From Octopus sinensis (taxonomy: Eukaryota), in the NCBI RefSeq assembly GCF_006345805.1, contig NC_043000.1, forward strand, positions 139,438,001 to 139,502,000: a stretch of DNA of 64,000 bases, given 5' to 3'. A program made the translations under genes and the position numbers. The notes beneath the pieces are model-generated. The model was given only the letters and a program-made list of their open reading frames with translations, did no database searches and was not told the origin of the DNA. Of this stretch, positions 12,313 to 25,680 are shown piece after piece. Every line of letters starts with the position of its first letter. The first letter of the stretch is position 1.

Positions 12313-14537
12313 GATTAACTTTTGAAAATATATATTGGTAAAGAAACCAAATAAATTCCATACTAGATTAAAACTACCCTATATGGTATCTCCATTGCTG
12401 AGGCAGATATTTTCTTCATCATTCTCACAGACAAAAATACGTTGAATAAACCATGAGAGTTCTATTATAAAATCTGTAACCAAGAAGGCTATTGAACATA
12501 AATTATCACACAAAATTAAGAAAAGAGATTGAAATGTAACTTATATTAAATAAAGACATTTCTGCATTTAATCAGAGATAAATAAGTGTGAAAGAATTAT
12601 GTTCCAAAACTTAGCCTTAATAATGAAATAGTACTAATAGAAAATATGATACAAAATATTAAAAAAAGTATTTTGTAATATAACTGGACAAATATATGAA
12701 AATGTAAAGCCGAAAAGGAAAACAACAAAAAAAAAAGCTGATGGTGAAACAAAGTCATATGTAGATAATTTCATTAAGAGATTTGAATGAGAATCATCAA
12801 AATGTATGCCACCCTGATCTTAAACCTTATATCATAAAACATTTTCTGGGTGACAGGAGTTTCATTTCAGGTAAGTACGATTCGAAAACATGAGAGAGGA
12901 AAAGTCATAACACAAACGAATTAATCAATAAAAGTCTGTAATAGGCATTTCATCACCTATATAAAGCAAATGTTACAAGTCGAAACTATTTCAAAGTGAT
13001 GCCTATAAATAATTGTTTCAATTTCATGACATGTGATCTTTAATTTTAATTGAAGAAATACTATACCACCCATTTCTCTTTGTATAGAAAAGAAAGTATA
13101 CAAAGACAAATGTCTGCAAGTAGACAGAATGGTAAAGAAGTAATATATCTGTGCAATACAGAAACAAGCACGACTGCTGCACAACTTTAACAAAGATAAA
13201 ATAGGCAAAAAAAAAAATAAAAAAGAAAAACAGAAAAAGAAAGGAAAAGAAAAAAGAGTAAATAAGAAAGGAAGGATATAGAAGCAGAAGAACTTTCTAT
13301 AGTAGAATCAAATATTTAAGATGTGTATACGATAGACATTAGCAATTTATTTATTGAGTAAATTGTTGTTGTTGATTCTGTAGTTGGTGGCAATGTTCAG
13401 TTAGGTTGTGTTGGCATTGTGTTGTTGTTGATATTGGTGTTTTGAATAGGCAATTATTCTAAACTTACATTGAAAATGACCTTCCAACCAAGAACAATGG
13501 CATCAATTTATATTCCCATATAAAGACAGTCATTATTGACAGAGACACAGCAATTTCCAATGTTTATGGTTCTGTTTTAACTTGTTCTACTTTAAATTTC
13601 CTAATTTGTTAAGTACCCAGATATTTCCATTCACTTCTTGTTTATCATGGAAAAGGTGTGCAGAGTTCATAGTCTATGCTTTGCTTCCATGGACCAACCG
13701 AACAGAGAGTCAAATGAAAAAAAAGAAATGCAGTGAAAACCGATGTAGCTGATACTTTTTTTAAATATTTCAAAGCTGAAATATGCAAGGAGAGATCTAT
13801 AAGTTAATTTGATTTCATGACCTGTATATCTTATTATTAGTTTGATTACATAAAAATTTTATTAGTTTCATTTTCTCTTTAAAGATGTGCTCAGCTCTAT
13901 ATAAAAAAACGGTCTCGAATATTTCTGCAATTTCATCTTGAATGCCCTACATCTTTCCCCGACTTGATATTCTTACATTCTATATATTCCCTTGCTGACT
14001 ATGACAATATACATGATGTTAAACATGATTACTGACCAGAAAGTCTGAACAGTACAATCGCAAAAAAAAAAAAAAAAAAAGAAAAAAAACACAAAAAAAA
14101 TCAAAAGGGACACTCATACCTCATTCTAACCTAATTCTGTCAAAAGTTATCAAAGCCTACTTCCTTTAACTTCCAACAACAGGCACCATGTAGACATGTC
14201 AATTTCCATTAGATGGGTTTGATGATACAAAGAAATAAAAAAAAAAAAATGCCTCATAGCATATATTTTAAGTGGTGCTAGATATTTTGTTGTAAATAAT
14301 TTCTGAATATATGCTGATAATAACAACAATATTTTCAGAAAGGTTTTAATTTAGTTGTATGCATATGTCATGCACGTGCGCATTTTGTATATACATGCAT
14401 ACAGGCAAACATGCATGCATACATACATATACACATACATACATACATCATATGTTTGTATATGTGTATGTATATATGCAGGTATATATGCATGTATATA
14501 CACGTAAAAAAAAATATATATATATTAATAGTTATGT

Positions 14538-14810
14538 GAAGGCGCATGGCTTAGTGGTTAGAGTGTCGAGCTTATGATCGTGAGGTTGTGCGTTCGAATC
14601 CTGCACCAGGCTGCATGTTGCGTTCTTGAGCAAGACACTTTAGTTCACGTTGCTCCAGTTCACTCAGCTGTAGAAATGAGTTGCGACGTCACAGGTGCCA
14701 AGCTATATTGGCCCTTGCCTTTCCCTGGGATAACACTGGTGGCGTGGAGAGGGGAGGCTGGTATGCATGGGCGACTGCTGGTCTTCCACAAACAACTTTG
14801 CCCAGACTTT
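14538..14810 (+). mobile_element. tRNA-derived SINE (head D)
   Basis: GGCGCATGGCTTAGTGGTTAGAG..GTTCGAATCC head, then TTCTTGAGCAAGACACTT and CTCCAGTTCACTCAGCTGTAGAAATGAGT; the last block is shared with family E. Confidence 0.75.
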
Positions 14811-14955
14811 TAAGTGGTCACCAAGTAATTGCAAGACAAAAAACTTTTAAGTGGGGTCGAGGCATTGGAGGAGGTGATCTTGTGTCAGATGATGAAAGGT
14901 TATAGTGAGTGAGAGAGACAGGTGTCTTGTTGTAGAGGAATAACAAGGTTACCTG

Positions 14956-14992
<37 letters not shown>

Positions 14993-15721
14993 TCAGCAAT
15001 GAAGACAGAAACAGGTGCCCTACCGCAAAGGAAATACATGGTTACCCAACTTGAGGGAAGTGCAGGAGAAAGAAAGAGAGAGTGGGAGACAGCAGGATAG
15101 AGATGGTGGCAAAATATTGAGCATACTCACAAGGGATGGGGATCAGAATATAAATGGGATGATTGAATAAAGGAAGAGAGAGATATAGATGGTGGCAAGT
15201 GCCAGGGCATACTCTTGAGGTTCAAATGCCATAATATAAGAGGCAGGATATTGCAAAGGAAGTGTGATTAAAGACTACTGAGGGGGGAGTGGGTAATGAA
15301 AACCTGAGTATATATAGAGTTGGCGGGGGCAGGGTGGCTAATGGATAGCAATGATACAGAAGAACAGGGCCATGAGGACAGGGTTTGGGAGTGAGAGCTA
15401 GGTATAGTGTGCGAAGGAGGAAATGTGAGGAAGAGAAGAGATGAAGAGATGTAGATTGGTTTGTTGGGGTAGGGTGAGTGAAACATTTTCTTGTTATATG
15501 TGGGTGGAACACACAGGTTGTGGGTGAGCAGATAGCAATAATACAGTGAGACAGAGCATGTGGGTGGAACACACAGATCAGAGGCTAGTGGAGAGCAATG
15601 ATCGTGGCATAGGGCCAAGAAGGCAGAACTGGGGAGTGAGAGCTAAGCATAGTACATGAAGAGGAAACGTGAGGGAGAAAGGATGTAATGATGTAGCTTA
15701 GTCTGTTGTAGTAGAGTCATT

Positions 15722-16015
15722 ATCATCATTATCATCATCATCATCATCATCATCATCATTTAATGTCCGTTTACCATGCTAGCATGGATTGGACGTTTCG
15801 ACCGGGGTCTGGGAAGCCGGGAGGCTACACCAGACTCCAGTCTGATCTGGCAGTGTTTCTACAGCTTCAATGCCTTTCCTAACGCCAACTACTCCGTGAG
15901 TATAGTGGGTGCTTTTTATGTGCCACTGGCACAAGTGCCAGGGGAGGCTGGCAACGGCCACGATCGGTTGGTGCTTTTTACATGCCAGTCAAGGCAGCAC
16001 TGGCATTAGCCACAT
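15722..16015 (-). mobile_element. RTE-type 3'-end element (family C)
   Basis: (CAT)n followed by TTTAATGTCCGTTT-CCATGCTAGCATGG...CCTAACGCCAAC. Confidence 0.8.
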
Positions 16016-16316
16016 TCGGAGAAATTTTCTTAAGTGAAGGTGGGGCACACAGTGATTCTAGAACTTGGTTTTGTTGATGTGGGCAGGTTCTCTCTAGAAC
16101 TTCATATCACCAGACATCTTGGTCCGTTGTCCTTTCTTTCATGAGGTACAACATCTATGCATGAATACATCTATGTATATATGTTTTCATTTTGGCTTTT
16201 TAATTTCAAATTAATTTTGATCAGTTTCCTGTCTGGTAGTAAGATTGTGAAAGAAAGCATCTTTTGTTCCTCATCATTTAAATCTAAAGAACGTCTTACA
16301 GTTTTTTATTGTCCTA

Positions 16317-16570
16317 TATATGTATGTATGCAAGCATGCATGTATGTATGTATGTATGTATGTATGTATGTATGTATGTATGTATGTATGTATGTATGTA
16401 TGTATGTATGTATGTATGTATGTATGTATGTATGTATGTATGTATGTATGCATGCATGCATGCATGTATGTATGTATGTATGTATGTATGTATGTATGTA
16501 TGTATGTATGTATGTATGTATGTATGTATGTATGTATGTATGTATGCATGTATGTACACATGTATATATG
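16317..16570. repeat. (TATG)n tetranucleotide microsatellite
   Basis: Direct reading; source of the MYVC/HTYI pseudo-ORFs. Confidence 0.95.
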
Positions 16571-17877
16571 TGTATTTGATGTTTGCTGATTTTTTTGCAT
16601 TGGTTATTATGATAAAGCATTAAAAAAATATATTGAATTAATATTTACTGATATAGAAGTATAGAAATAACTAAAGTATTTTATATAGGATCTTGAAAAA
16701 CAAAATTTCAAATTTTTTCTTACAAATACATATACAAATCTTATATGAGTTTAATAGTAATCTCATGTATAACACCTAGACACTATTCATAGAACTAAGA
16801 AAACTTAAATAAAACATTTATGTTATTTGGTTTCTTATTGAGTAACAAGATCAGAGCTTGCAGTACAAGAGCATAGGCAGTTCCTGTATTTCACCAGAAT
16901 TTTATTTATCAATCCCATATTATAGAAAAAACAAAGTTCAATTCTGTATGATTCAAATATTAAACTCAAAGGGACAAGATTTTAAGTTCAGTAAGACACT
17001 TAGTGAAGCTCTTCATTAATGTTAGTTAAAAAAAATAAAGCACATTGATATCGGTATATTTTTCTTGAATCATAGACATGACATTAAGAAATGCATCAAA
17101 CCGGAGAAACAGGACAAAGAAAACATCTGAGTTCAACATGGTCCTCTAACTTATCAGATCCTATCAAATAATCCAGTCTATGCCTGCCTAGATGACAGAT
17201 ATTAAATGATAAATATATACATACATACACACACATATGTATATATATATATATATACATATGTCCTGTTATTATTATTATTATTATTATTATTGTGTTT
17301 TTGTATTATTTTTGTATTTATATTTGTGTAACATCGTCCGTTTTTCCATCCTTGTTTCATATACATTCGAAGCTTTTTCTAAGGAATCTAATGCTCTTAG
17401 CTTAGTTTTTCCTTGGGACTGGCCAGATTGGAGTAATCTAAAGATTAATCAGCCAAAATTGTGAGGATGATCCGGGTTTTGAATGATTAAAGGCTTCGAA
17501 TGACCTGTCCATGTTTTTTGTATTGTCTTCTGGATGTTTTGTGTTCTTGTCCCATTTTGTATTCTTTATATATATATAGATACCCACATACACACACACA
17601 CACACACACACAACACACACATATATATATATATATATATAAATATACATATAATATCTATCTCTCTAACTGTCTACTAGTTATTGTTTGTTTTCATGTC
17701 CAGTTATAATAAAAGCAATTTTATGCTAATCTGATGGGTTAATCTATACATTTGTGGAGTACAAGTTTATTATTCTTATACAAGAATGTTGTTGAGAGTG
17801 GCTTTGAAGTTTCTGCCATCTAATCTATCATTTGACACACACACACTGGTAAATAATTTAAGAGAAAACTGGGTATA

Positions 17878-18280
17878 AGGAGTGGCTGTGTGGTAAGTTG
17901 CTTGCTTACCAACCACATGGTTCCAGGTTCAGTCCCATTGCGTGGCACCTTGGGCAAGTGTCTTCTACTATAGCCTCAGGCCGACCAAAGCCTTGTGAGT
18001 GGATTTGGTAGACAGAAACTGAAAAGAAGACCGTCATATATATATGTATGTGTATATATATGTGTGTGTTTGTGTGTCTGTGTTTGTCCCCCCAACATCG
18101 CTTGACAACCAATGCTGGTGTGTTTGCATCCCTGTAACTTAGTGGTTCAGCAAAAGAGACTGATAGAAAAAGTACTAGGCTTACAAAGAATAAGTCCTGG
18201 GGTCGATTTGCTCGACTAAGGGCAGTGCTCCAGCATGGCCACAGTCAAATGACTGAAACAGGTAAAAGAGAGTATAAGAG
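17878..18280 (+). mobile_element. SINE family A
   Basis: Full-length match to 5636-6067. Confidence 0.88.
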
Positions 18281-18882
18281 ATATGAACTGTAGTGTACAA
18301 GAGAAAAACTCTGTGCTGGTATGGTGATGTGATGTGTATGGACGAGGACAGTTGTATACAGATCTTTGGAGAGAAGCTGTGGAAAGGGTAGACCCAGGAA
18401 GACTTGGGATGAAGTGGTAAGAAATGATTTTCACTGACTGAATCTCACAGAGGAAATGATGAGATGGAAGCTTCTAGCAATTTGCTGTGCTTGAGTAGAT
18501 ACAACACAATAAGTATAATCATGGTTATCCACACATACAGGCATGAACTTTCCAGCCATAACACCACCTCCCTCACACACATATGCATACACACACATAA
18601 TTCTGTCCTCCAGCAACCACTGTGCCCACTACAGGTCGCTAGTTCCCTCACTTTCACTTTCTATCCCTAAATACCTCCACTCACACTCTTATCTAACATC
18701 TCTGTCTCCTCAGTACTATCTATGCTCCCTGTCACTGTTCTCTATGAGTAGGCCCTCTTTCTGTCTCTCATTCAGACTGTCTCCATCTTTTTCTTCCTCC
18801 CTCGCTTCCCACTGCTTTGCTGTTCTACTGGTGTAACCAAGTATCACCTCTGGAGACCCCATGAGTGCTGGTATAACATAAA

Positions 18883-19120
18883 AAGGCAGCGAGCTGGCAG
18901 AAACGTTAGCACGTCGGGCGAAATGCTTAGCTGTATTTCGGCTGCCATTACGTTGTGAGTTCAAATTCCGCCGAGGTTGACTTTGCCTTTCATCCTTTCG
19001 GGGTCGATAAATTAAGTACCAGTTACGCACTGGGGTCGATGTAATCGACTTAATACCTATGTCTGTCCTTGTTTGTCCCCTCTATGTTTAGTCCCTTGTG
19101 GGTAATAAAGAAACAGGTAT
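18883..19120 (+). mobile_element. SINE family B
   Basis: Well-preserved copy retaining its CpGs. Confidence 0.88.
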
Positions 19121-19383
19121 CACATAAAAAGCACCTGTGCTGGTGCTATGTGAAAAAATACCAAAGCCAAGGCCATATCATGAAGCACCCAAACTGGTTC
19201 CATGTAATAAAGCACGTGTGCCAACACCACGTAAGGAAGCACTGAGGCTGGTGCAACGTGAAACAGCACCCAGTATACTCTGTAAAGTGGTTGGAATTTG
19301 GAAGGCCTTAGAAATGTTGCAAAACTGGAACCAGGTGCAGACCTCCAGCTTGCCAGCTACTGGCATGGAGAACAGACATTAAA

Positions 19384-19385
19384 TA

Positions 19386-19423
<38 letters not shown>

Positions 19424-19773
19424 GGTGATGATGGTGGTGATGATGGTGGTGATGATGGTGATGAAGATGATGATGATGATGGTGATGGTGATGATGGTGT
19501 TGAAGGTGATGATGGTGATGATAATGATAATGACGATGATGTCGATGGTGATGGTGATGATGGTGATGATGATGGTGATGGTGATGTTGGTGGTGATGAT
19601 GATGGTGATGGTGATTGTGATGATGATGATGATGGTGATGATGGTGATGATGATGGTGATGGTGATGGTGATGATGGTGATGATGGTGCTGGTGATGGTG
19701 ATGGTGATGATGATGATGATGATGGTGCTGGTGCTGGTGATGATGATGATGATGAAGGTGATGGTGATGATGG

Positions 19774-19828
<55 letters not shown>

Positions 19829-19840
19829 GGTGATGATGAT
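19384..19840. repeat. (GAT/GGT)n compound trinucleotide tract expanded from a retroelement tail
   Basis: Follows a degenerate family C-like 3' end (19121-19383, ...GGCATGGAGAACAGACATTAAATAATGATGAT). Confidence 0.9.
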
Positions 19841-20149
19841 ATATATAACTTGAATGTGAACCGTGTTTTCCTTGATGAAATAAATACACAGAAATAAAAG
19901 AGTTTTAATACATACTTTATATTTTCCTCAAACAAATTTGATCTAAACTGTTTTCAACTGATTGATAACAAATATTATTTCTAAGATTGATGAGCTATAT
20001 TACTTTGAAAAAATTAAAAACAGAAAATGTCTGTAATGTCATTTACGTATCATTATAATCATCATCATTACCAACCCATTTTATTTTAACATTTATATTA
20101 CTATTCTTATATAGATTGTAGGAATCTCTCCATACACATGTAAATTCTT

Positions 20150-21125
20150 TATAATATAATAATGAAATTATTGTACACAGTGCTCAGGTGCACCACAACT
20201 TGTCAAAAGTTCGTATAAAGTATATGCAGCAATGTACAAATGTCTGGGAAGAGAACAGTGTATGAGTCAGATACATGCTTGTGTGTGTATGGAGGGGGAA
20301 AATCAGGTGTAGTGTTGGCGAATCTCAGGAAGCATGGAAGTTTTGAAGGATGCAGTACTCCGACAACTAACAACTGATGCCGGCAGTTTGTTCCATGCTT
20401 CAGCAACTCTTAGTGTGAAAAAATATTTCCAAAAGTCATGGGAGCTGTGCTGTTTTCTGACTTTGTAAAACATGTCCACAGGTGTTAGACAGTTTGAAAA
20501 GGTGCTCAGAGTTATTGTTAGTAAGATGGTTAATAATTTTATGGGTGTCTGCCAAGTCAGTTGCCAGACGTTGGAGTTTCAATGTATCCATGACCAGGGA
20601 AGTAAGGTGTTCAGAATATGGCAAATGCCTGATGGAGGGTATTCTCTTGGTTGCATGTTGCTGAACGGTTTCCAGACGATTAATATCCTGGGCAAGATAG
20701 GGGTTCCAGACCGGTGATGCAAATTCCAGGTGAGGCCGTAACATAGCTATATAAAGCCTCAGATAGATAGCCGGAGAGTGGCTCACAAAGGACTTGGTAA
20801 GTGATGCCAAGACACCCTCAACCTTCTTGGCAATTTTAGCAATGTGTTTTGTCCAATGCAAATCACTGTCGAAAATAACACCCAGGTCACGTTCACAAGA
20901 AGACTTTTTGAAATTAGTGTTGTGGAAGGAGTAAGTGGACGCTGGGTTTCTCCTCCCAAAACGCATGGTGGTACATTTGTCCACAGCCAGCTTGAGTTGC
21001 GAGTCCATGATCCACTGCTGCATTGTGTCCAGGTCTGATTGCAATAAAGATCTATAGTGTACAGGATCTGTTCTCTTTATTTCGAGGTGCAGCTTGATGT
21101 CATCTGCATATTTCAGCACTGTGGC
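20150..21125 (-). mobile_element. 5'-truncated CR1-like LINE (RT C-terminus plus 3' UTR)
   Basis: ORF 20436-21119 contains YADD, ERDLGVIFD, RPHLEFASPVWNP and LETVQQHATK motifs; 3' end ...CTGAGCACTGTGTACAATAATTTCATTATTATATTA. Confidence 0.88.
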
Positions 21126-21553
21126 ATTCTTTAAGTTGGCATCTTATACATGAAGACTAACATTCTTAATAACAACTGAACTTTACTCTCAGATTCATTC
21201 TTGGGATACATCTCAGCTCCACCACATTTCATTATGCTGTATATGTTGGAAACCAAAGTGTTAAGTTGAAGCAGTAAACTTATAATAGGTTTGGGATGAC
21301 TCCAAGCTTTGAGAAACTGGCTAACAGAAACTGGAAAGTCTGTCAAATGAATTATTGTAGATGTAATTTGATTGGCTAACTTTGACATAGAAGTGTCATG
21401 TTGAGTTTTCCCAGGAATTACATTTAGAGCACAATTATGTTTGGGATACTCAGTCACTGATACTTTGATGCAAAAAGCATATATTTCTTATGTTTCACCT
21501 GTTTCAGCTTTTGCACTGCAGTCATGCTTGGACACCATCTTAAAGTGTTTTAA

Positions 21554-21776
21554 CCCTTTTGTAATCATATTTCTGTTGAGAGGCTTTGTGTTTCTTTCAA
21601 TTAATTTCAAATATAACAAAGAATTTAGTAAAATAACTTAGCTATAAATTAAGCCAGTGTTAATAACATAAATTACGACTAAGGTCTGATGGAAAGTTTT
21701 AATTTAGAACTTTTGAAAACAAGACATTTGTACTACAGAGCCAGAGGCGGTTTAAGGTGGGTCGGTATCAAAGGGG
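21554..21776. mobile_element. TTAA-flanked MITE (piggyBac-like), intact 223 bp
   Basis: TTAA|CCCTTTTGTAATC ... GTATCAAAGGGG|TTAA; same body as the split copy at 2891-3834. Confidence 0.75.
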
Positions 21777-21991
21777 TTAATCAAACAAATCAATTCCAGT
21801 ACTTCCCTTTTTAAAAAGTCTGTTACTCCTTACAGGGATATAAACAAGCCAACACCAGTTGTGAAGTGGTGGTGGGGAAACAAACACAAACACAAAACTA
21901 CACACACATCCTTCCACTCATCGATCTGATGCCACTCATCTGCCTATTCTTCTGTCTATCCATCCAAATATATATATATATATGTAATACA

Positions 21992-22120
21992 AAAGTTCTA
22001 TAATTATAAGAATAATTATAATTAGGGTTCTAGTATTTAACTGTTATTTCTAAATTTCGGTATGTGGTAGAGCAATCTGCTGAACCCTAATTATAATTGT
22101 GCTTATAATTATAGAATTTT
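21992..22120. repeat. inverted repeat, 39-bp arms with 51-nt spacer
   Basis: 21992-22030 versus reverse complement of 22082-22120: 36/39 identical by eye. Confidence 0.85.
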
Positions 22121-22209
22121 TTAATAAGGTTACCGATAAAGGTTCTTATAACATACTAACTACTTGGTAAAATTATTAATTATTAATTAATTAATTTTAC
22201 CCTTTATTT

Positions 22210-22241
<32 letters not shown>

Positions 22242-22255
22242 GCATATATATATAT

Positions 22256-22306
<51 letters not shown>

Positions 22307-23136
22307 GTGTGTGTGTGTGTGTGTATTCAAATGTGAAATACAAGCAAATCTAGTGTAATAAACATTATCAATTACGTAATGCTTAATGCATATCCTTTGT
22401 GTATTTGCTGCCTGGCTTCAATTTGGTGTGGTGGAGAATACTCGCACAGGATCAGAGATTAATTGAAACATCACTGTCCATCACTCCCAGATAGGATAAG
22501 AGGTGAATTGTCTCACCTGGCTATGACTTTCAGGTGTTTTAAAAACCTGGTGCTTTGAAAGAGGATTCTCCACTACACCGAATCACATCCTAATGGCAAA
22601 TACAAGAATCATATTAGTTGAGTATATGCAGCTAGTAATATTTATTACGCTAGTGCTGTTTCTGTTTCATATTTGCATTTATCCTTATGGATGCATTGTC
22701 CCAGCATTCCCGCACATGGTTTGCACACTACGTGCATATAAGTCGCTGGATACATGATGTTTACAAGCCACAAAAATGATAAAACATCAATGTTGATCAG
22801 TCCTAGATGTGTTTAAAGGTGAATCATCTCACATGTCCATGACTTGGTTACAAGTCACAAAAATGATGAAACAGCAATGTCCATAAGTCCTAGATGGTAT
22901 TAGAATTGTGTTATCTTGCCTGTTCCCAACTTTAGATGTTTTAACACTTGGTGCTTTGAGAGAATATTCCCCTAATGTACAAATGACAAATACGAAGCAT
23001 ATATGTTAATATATATATTATTATATATATAAAGTTAATCCAAACATGAAAATACAAAGAGAAAACACAACAACGCGAGGACATGGAACAAGTAAAGTGT
23101 TATTGGACGCTCAGGAAAGGGAAGAAAGAAGGAGGA

Positions 23137-23169
23137 TTTAACGTTTCGAGCGTAGCTCTTCGTCAGAAA
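23137..23169 (-). ncRNA. minimal type I hammerhead ribozyme motif (Penelope pseudo-LTR type)
   Basis: Minus strand TTT-CTGACGA-A-GAGC-TAC-GCTC-GAAAC-GTT-AAA; palindromic stem III AACGTT, GUU triplet. Confidence 0.75.
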
Positions 23170-23261
23170 CATAAAAAAAGGATAGATGTAAGGAAGGGAA
23201 GACAGAGGAAAAAAAAATATATATATACATACATACATACGCACACACACACACACACACA

Positions 23262-23500
23262 TCATCATCATAATCATCCTTTAACGTCAGTTTTCTGTGC
23301 TGGCATGGGTTGGATTGTTTGACTAAAAACTGGAGAGCTGTACCATGTTTCAATCTGATTTGGCATAATTCTACAGCTGCCAACCACTTCAAGAGTGTAG
23401 TGGGTGCTTTTTTTATGTGTCACTGGCATGGGCGCCAGTTACAAAACACCGGTACTAGATACGACTACGGTCTCACTTGGCTTGACATGTCCCTTAAGCA
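23262..23500 (-). mobile_element. RTE-type 3'-end element (family C), diverged
   Basis: (CAT)n..TTTAACGTCAGTTTTCTGTGCTGGCATGGGTTGG..GTAGTGGGTGCTTTTT. Confidence 0.7.
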
Positions 23501-23884
23501 TGGTAGATTGCCAAAGGTGGGTGATTACACATAGCTGAATACATACAGACAGAAATAAGATGAAAAAAATAGATTTATTTTAAAAGACTAAATAATATAT
23601 TGGAATCCTAATAGTAAAAGTATTATACACTATTGTACAAAATAAGATATTTTTCTTCCAATATAATAACCAGTTTCATTATTGCTTTTCAAATTATGAG
23701 TTTTGGATGAATTTCTTAATTAGATATTTTATTTGCTAGGGGGGATAATTGATAACCAAGGTATTTTACAGTAAAGGGGTTGTATATCTGTATTTTTATA
23801 GGGTCTACATAGTTAGGGTATATCTGTATTTTTATAGGGTCTAAAATAGTTAGGGTAAATCTTTAATTTTAAATATAGGTTTAT

Positions 23885-24165
23885 ATTTAATTCTGGCTCA
23901 TATTTTTTGATAAATGAGGCCTCTTTATTTAGTCATACTTGTGTTGAGCTTCAAATAATAATGGGAAGTTTAGGAATTGTGGTTGCAGCTGTTCTGCCCA
24001 TCTGCCAATGTGTTCACTGAGATAAATCTGGCGATTATCTGTCATCTGTGGACCATACATCTCCAGTTGATCGACACTCCTGTCGACACTATATAGTTTT
24101 TATGGCAGCCCGAGCATCTGATAACATAAATGAGATTTTCAGAGGTGCAAGTGAAGTTGGATTTA
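23885..24165 (-). pseudogene. GIY-YIG endonuclease domain of the PLE
   Basis: IKSNFTCTSENLIYVIRCSGCHKNYIVSTG...HR*QI...SEHI...KEASFIKKYEPELNI. Confidence 0.85.
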
Positions 24166-25680
24166 ATTTTGTGCTGGTGTATGTATGTATGTATATATGT
24201 ATGCATTTGGTGATTTTTTTATGACTTCGTTTATAGTTTGGATTTTGTGAATATTCAATAGACCATAGAATAGGCTGGGCTTACATTTAAAGTTTGTTAG
24301 TCTATTTCTTTTTTCTTTTGTTCGGTCTTTTCCGTGGGTTTGGATTAATATAAAGTGGTTTTTCAATATTTTTTGGTGGGGGTGTAATCATTGATTTTTT
24401 TTCATAGTGTTTGTCATTATTTAGTCTGGACACTACTAGATTTTAGTTGTAAAATGTGTCCATCACCTCTACTGCACTCCCTTTATCCACTTCTTTGATT
24501 ATTATTTCTTTATTGTTTTGTTTTGTAGTTCAATTAGTTTTTTTCCTTTGGGTGGTTCTGAAGTTTGAAACGATTTTTTGTTTGTGGAATGTGTGGTAGG
24601 GGAAGTTTTCGATGTGGTTGCAGAATTCGTCAAGATTTTTATTTATTTCTGTGTGGGGAATGTTTTGTTTTTGACTAGTGAATCATCTTTGCTTTAATTG
24701 GCAAGAGCTTCTGTAAGCTTTAATTTCCTGCAGAATTCGGAAACACTGTCCTTGACCTCATTTTGGTTAGCTCTGCATGGCGTTGGGGGTGAATTTTAAC
24801 CCTTTATATAGGATATCGATCTTTGTGGTTCATAGGGTTTTATATGACAGGTTGATTAACTTCAGTTTTTCCTGTGTCTTGTTTTCTCTTGTCTGGGGTA
24901 AAATAAATGGTGGTTGTGGTTGTGTTGGTATGAACTGGCCATGCTAATGTAGGGGTTTGGATTGGGTGTATGGTCATGTTGTTTTCTTGGATTATTTTGT
25001 GTGTTTGGGTGTCTGAGGGTTCGTTGGTTGGCATTGTGTGTGTTCCAACCTATCCCCCATTTCCCCTGGTCTGGGGCTAGAAAATGCTGGTTGCTGTTGT
25101 GTTGGTATGAACTGTCCGTATAAAAGTAGGGGTTTGGGTTGGGTGAGTGGTGATGTTGTTGTCTTGGATTGTTTTGTATGTATGGGTGTCTGAAGATTCT
25201 TTGTGTGTGGCACCCAGTGCCCTTGTCACTCCTGGAAATGGGTCAAAGTTTTCAAATGCACTGCCATCCTACCCAAAATCTATGGTGTGCATGGCACCCC
25301 CACTCCTCATATCACCTTGTGCCACTCCTGCATTTGGGGCAGGCCAATAGCCCTGGGTTATAGGATGGTCATGCTTGGCACCAGAATGGAGTTGATGATT
25401 TCTGCCCATGGTGCATGTATGATAATAAGGGTTTATAGGATTGTTCTCTATTATGCTGTCATACTTGTGGGTGGCTTGTGTGTTGCTCATTTTCTGTTGG
25501 CTAATCTTTGTTTCTTTCTTAAAGAATGGATTATCTGAACTGAATTCCTCTTTGAAATTTAATTCATACCTTTGGAAGAAATTATCACTTTTCTCTCAGC
25601 ATTGGAAGAAGTTTCTTTCTTCAGTTACACATGCTTCTTTCCAAAGATTAATAATATTTTCTAGTGAGTGATATTTTCTA

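Noticed and set aside
12766-14035. Possible plus-strand exons (donor CAG|GTAAGT near 12870; acceptor TTTAAAG near 13885)
   Set aside because: The first has no polypyrimidine tract, and the phase-compatible join hits a stop after a few codons; not supportable.
14538-14610. tRNA-like sequence
   Set aside because: No closed acceptor stem, and it runs into a SINE body; it is a SINE head, as are the other A/B-box heads.
17440-17515. Hammerhead-like region in a repeat (..GGCTTCGAATGACCTGTCC)
   Set aside because: It has GAAT instead of GAAA and no CUGANGA; only a 10-bp inverted repeat CATTCGAAGC/GCTTCGAATG is real.
19298-19935. Long poly-D/G, poly-H, poly-S/P and poly-M ORFs
   Set aside because: Open in several frames on both strands because they are a (GAT/GGT)n tract.
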